Positions 60,786-64,000 of a stretch of 64,000 bases of DNA are shown here, one piece after another. This stretch comes from Callorhinchus milii (lineage: Eukaryota): positions 81,408,001 through 81,472,000 of the forward strand of contig NW_024704742.1 in assembly GCF_018977255.1 (NCBI RefSeq), given 5' to 3'. The position numbers and the translations under genes were made by a program. How positions within the stretch are numbered: position 1 is the stretch's first letter; every line of letters starts with the position of its first letter. Under the pieces are notes generated by a model that was not told the origin of the DNA, searched no databases, and saw nothing but the letters and a program-made list of their open reading frames with translations.

Positions 60786-62189
60786 GAGACAGTTGGTTCC
60801 GGTTGGTTACAAGGCAGTGAATCCAAATGGATTTATTAAGAAAATCGAGGTGGGGAGGGGGGTGATTGTAGTGGCAGGCCAATATGCCTTCTGATATTTG
60901 GAAGTATGTCACACTTGAATTTCACAAGAGTTTGTGTGTGTCAAGAACTCTCCAAAGGTGGATCAAGTCGGATGGAGTTCCCGGGAGTAAACTTGATAAC
61001 CTTCCGGATTCCTCAATCAAATAATTCTATTTTAGATCGACCCATTTCAGACCCTATTTGTCTGCAAATACGCAGGTACTACAGTTCACAGCAAATCCTG
61101 TTACATGCTTTGAGTCATTTCGCCAACGTGAATGACAATATACAAAATGCAAGGATTATTATTATTAAAGCATCCTAATACCCTTCAGTGTAAGATTGAA
61201 AACATACTTTTCCAAACCTAAAAACAACAGCTTCCTTCCTCTAAGTGTGGATTCTGATTAATGTCCCAAAGTCCCAGAAGCACAGCTCAGCTCAATGCTG
61301 GGCTCTTTATCAAGTTTTTCATTTGCTCACTTGGTTCCCGCAGCATTGATCTCTCTCTGTGCTCTCCTTTTTCCAAGTGGTTATCTCTGCCACTCGTGAC
61401 ACAGACTGCATCACTACCAGGCAACCACGCTCCTATTAAAGTTCAGTCGCTCTATCAAGAGATGTGAACCACTTCTCTCCAAATCCATTAGCTGTCCTTG
61501 CCAAGATCATCCATGCTTCATGCCAGACTGAACCAGATCCACACACAGGAGTTACTGCCAGTAACAATTCCAAGCCTATTAGTTTCCTGTAGAGAGCCCA
61601 GGGGACACTGAGCTGTGAGTGATTCCTATCACAATTGTTTTCCAAAGTTTTGTAAAGATTTAATGCTTTTAGCTTAAGCGTTCCTTCAGGGAAATAACTG
61701 GAATTCAAGAATCAACAAGTGTGATTGAAATAAGAAAATGTTTTAAAATTGGTACAAGATATTATATAGAATTGGTTCAAGTTATTATATATATTTTAAT
61801 ATTATATATAGTAATATTGGAAATACCTGTATTTAGTACGACACTGCATTCAATTCTGTAAGTGAATATTTCTAATGAACCAAAACCCTATGTAATATTC
61901 CCCCAGTGTTGTGTGAAGACCCAAAGTGAACTGTGGAAAATAGAATAAAAATGTCAGACTGTTTTCCAATAACAGGAGACATTCAAGTCTCCCTGATTTC
62001 TATGCAAAATGCTGGTACAGCTAAAACTTGTAGTAATCAAGAAAGAGGCTACTGAAGTCATTCAAAATAACTAAGCCTGCCAATTGTAAATTCATGACAG
62101 GATACTGTTGGAGTTTAACCAGCTAAAGCCACTTAACTTGCCATTGACAGTTATGTCTGGCAAGCATCCCGCTACTTGTTCAGATAAAG

Positions 62190-62465
62190 CCACCCTATCC
62201 ATTAGGCCTTTGGCTTGCAGGATTAACAGGAGTCAAGTGTAAGGATCCCTGCCCCCAGTCACTGTTCTGCCCTCTATGTCCGGCCGATAAGCCAGACTGG
62301 CTGTCCTTTCATTAGTAGTGCCCTGGAATACTGCATACCCACCTGGCTCAGAAACTGAACTACTGAGACCACCACAGAGGATTGACTCGATTCCCTTATT
62401 CTGTTGCTAAACATGTCAACTTGCAGCCAGTTCATCCCCAAGGAGACCGCACCTCCCTCCCAAAC
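62190..62465 (-). mobile_element. Second copy of the CCHC-type LINE 3' end
   Basis: NWLQVDMF...VVQF...QPVWLIGR shared with 40570-40810. Confidence 0.7.
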
Positions 62466-62869
62466 GCAAGAGGAACAGTTTATCTCATTTTTGAGAAAGT
62501 TTGATTCTGTTAATAGCACAAATGCATGAGTTTGGCTATGTTGACAACCAAAGGTCAATTTGGTTGCATTTGTTTTTTGTCTTTTCATTAAAAAGCAGTA
62601 GCGGCAAAGGGTGCAAGATGTTTGTCTGCTGGTCATAAATCTTAAAAGAGATGAAAGTACACAGCTGGGCTTCATGTATTGATCAGTTCTCTGCTCCATA
62701 GTCCAGCATGAAGCACACTAGAATGTTCACTGCCACGACATCAGTCCTCAGAGAAGTCAGTGTCACATTTGAATTCAGAGTTATTAAATCATTTAGACAT
62801 TTAGCCTGAGGAACAGACCTCAAATTCTTCAAGAACCACAGGAAGCAACAGCTTCCGAAGGATACTAAA

Positions 62870-63190
62870 ATGTAGTTACATGGAGCAATACAGCACAGAA
62901 GCAGGCCATTTGGCCCACCCAGTCCATGCCAGTGTTTATACTCTGTGCTATTCCCCTCACCTACATTCCTCTATTCCCTTCTCTCTCTCATGTATGCATT
63001 GCATTTTCACTTAAATACATTAATGTTATTTGCTTCAACCTCAGCTTCTGGCAGTGAGTTCCATATTCTCACCCCCTCTATGAGAACTTCCTCCTAAATT
63101 CCTTATTAAATCTCCGATTGGCTATTTTGTATTTATGCCCTCTAGTTATGGACTCACCAACAAGTGAGCCTATTATATCAACATCCACAC
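62870..63190 (-). mobile_element. CR1 3' end fragment
   Basis: acagcacagaagcaggccatttggccc...ggcagtgagttccatattctcacc. Confidence 0.7.
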
Positions 63191-63705
63191 TATATATATT
63201 TAAAAATGTGCAATATCATCCATGCAATCTATATGCTGTCTTATTGAAATGTATATTGGACAATGCAGTGCAGACATTGAACTGTTCTTCTCTATAGATA
63301 AATACAAACCTTATTTCTCGCCTCAGCAGATCAAGCAATGAATTGCTCCTCAGCTGAACAAATGTGCAACTAAAAGTGTGGTAAGTGAGGTATGTGATTA
63401 CTTATTTTTCAATGCACAAATTGGCTTCCGTGTTTGCCTACAAAAACAGTCACAGTAAAATTCCTTTGAAGTGCTTGGAGACATCTCAACGATGTGCAAA
63501 GGTACTAAATCAAATGCAATAATTATTCTTATTTTATTGGAATCTTTCTTAAGATCGCGTGATGCAGACCTATGATTCTTTCGATTTATGGCCCTAAGAG
63601 TTAGGCCACCTTCCCAATGCCACAATCTTTCCTGAAACAAAATTTTGCATCCTGCCAAAGAACCCAATGTGGTGTTACTGTAATTGACTGACTGACTGAC
63701 TTATT

Positions 63706-63975
63706 TACCTGCCCGTACAACTCCGTTCCTCTGGCTCCGGTCTGCTCCACATTCCCCGCCCTAACATTGGTGGCCGGGCCTTCAACCTCTCAGCCCGTAG
63801 GCTCTGGAACTCCATCCCCCAGTGCCTTTGCCTTGCTTCTTCCCTTTCCTCCTTCAAGGCCGGTCTCAAGACCTTTCTCTTTGACCGTGCCTTCAGCTTC
63901 CCTCTCGACTCTCTACCCCTTCCTCGCTCCCTCCATTCCCCTCACCCTGACCATTTCCCCCTTGCTTGGCTTTAT
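63706..63975 (+). mobile_element. L2 3' fragment, close relative of 9866-10135
   Basis: cctgcccgtac...ctccgttcctctggctc...ttcaaggccggtctcaa...ttgaccgtgccttcagct. Confidence 0.9.
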
Positions 63976-64000
63976 CTGAACAAGTAGCGGTCCCGACCCA

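Noticed and set aside
54975..64000. Searched by eye for SVEP1 exon 3 / vWA exons or a nested gene
   Set aside because: No matching peptide or convincing exon found; the region appears to be intron with repeats
1..64000. CRISPR-like array from recurring repeats
   Set aside because: Repeats are dispersed, diverged SINE/LINE tails without regular spacers; the context is eukaryotic

Overview
Vertebrate genomic DNA. The repeat landscape (CR1, L2, Deu-domain and tRNA SINEs, a Penelope-type element) and compact introns suggest a cartilaginous fish, possibly a chimaera; this is inference. The whole window lies inside one minus-strand gene, SVEP1/polydom. I reconstructed 39 consecutive, phase-compatible coding exons from 54974 down to 1036 (9204 nt, 3068 codons). 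They encode Cys-rich/ephrin-receptor-like repeats, CCP/sushi, HYR, EGF, pentraxin and a long CCP array with a 2843-nt giant exon. Exon numbers 4-42 follow the human gene as I recall it. The signal peptide/vWA exons and the last exons lie outside the window. Introns are filled with retroposon debris. There are no prokaryotic systems or CRISPR arrays. The most notable observations are: an RGD tripeptide in the CCP loop where mammals carry the integrin alpha9beta1 motif EDDMMEVPY; apparent loss or relocation of a furin-type site; a GC-AG intron; a young CR1 with an inverted copy of its own tail at the 5' junction; and several poorly characterised repeat families. I found no wholly new system that I can support from sequence alone.
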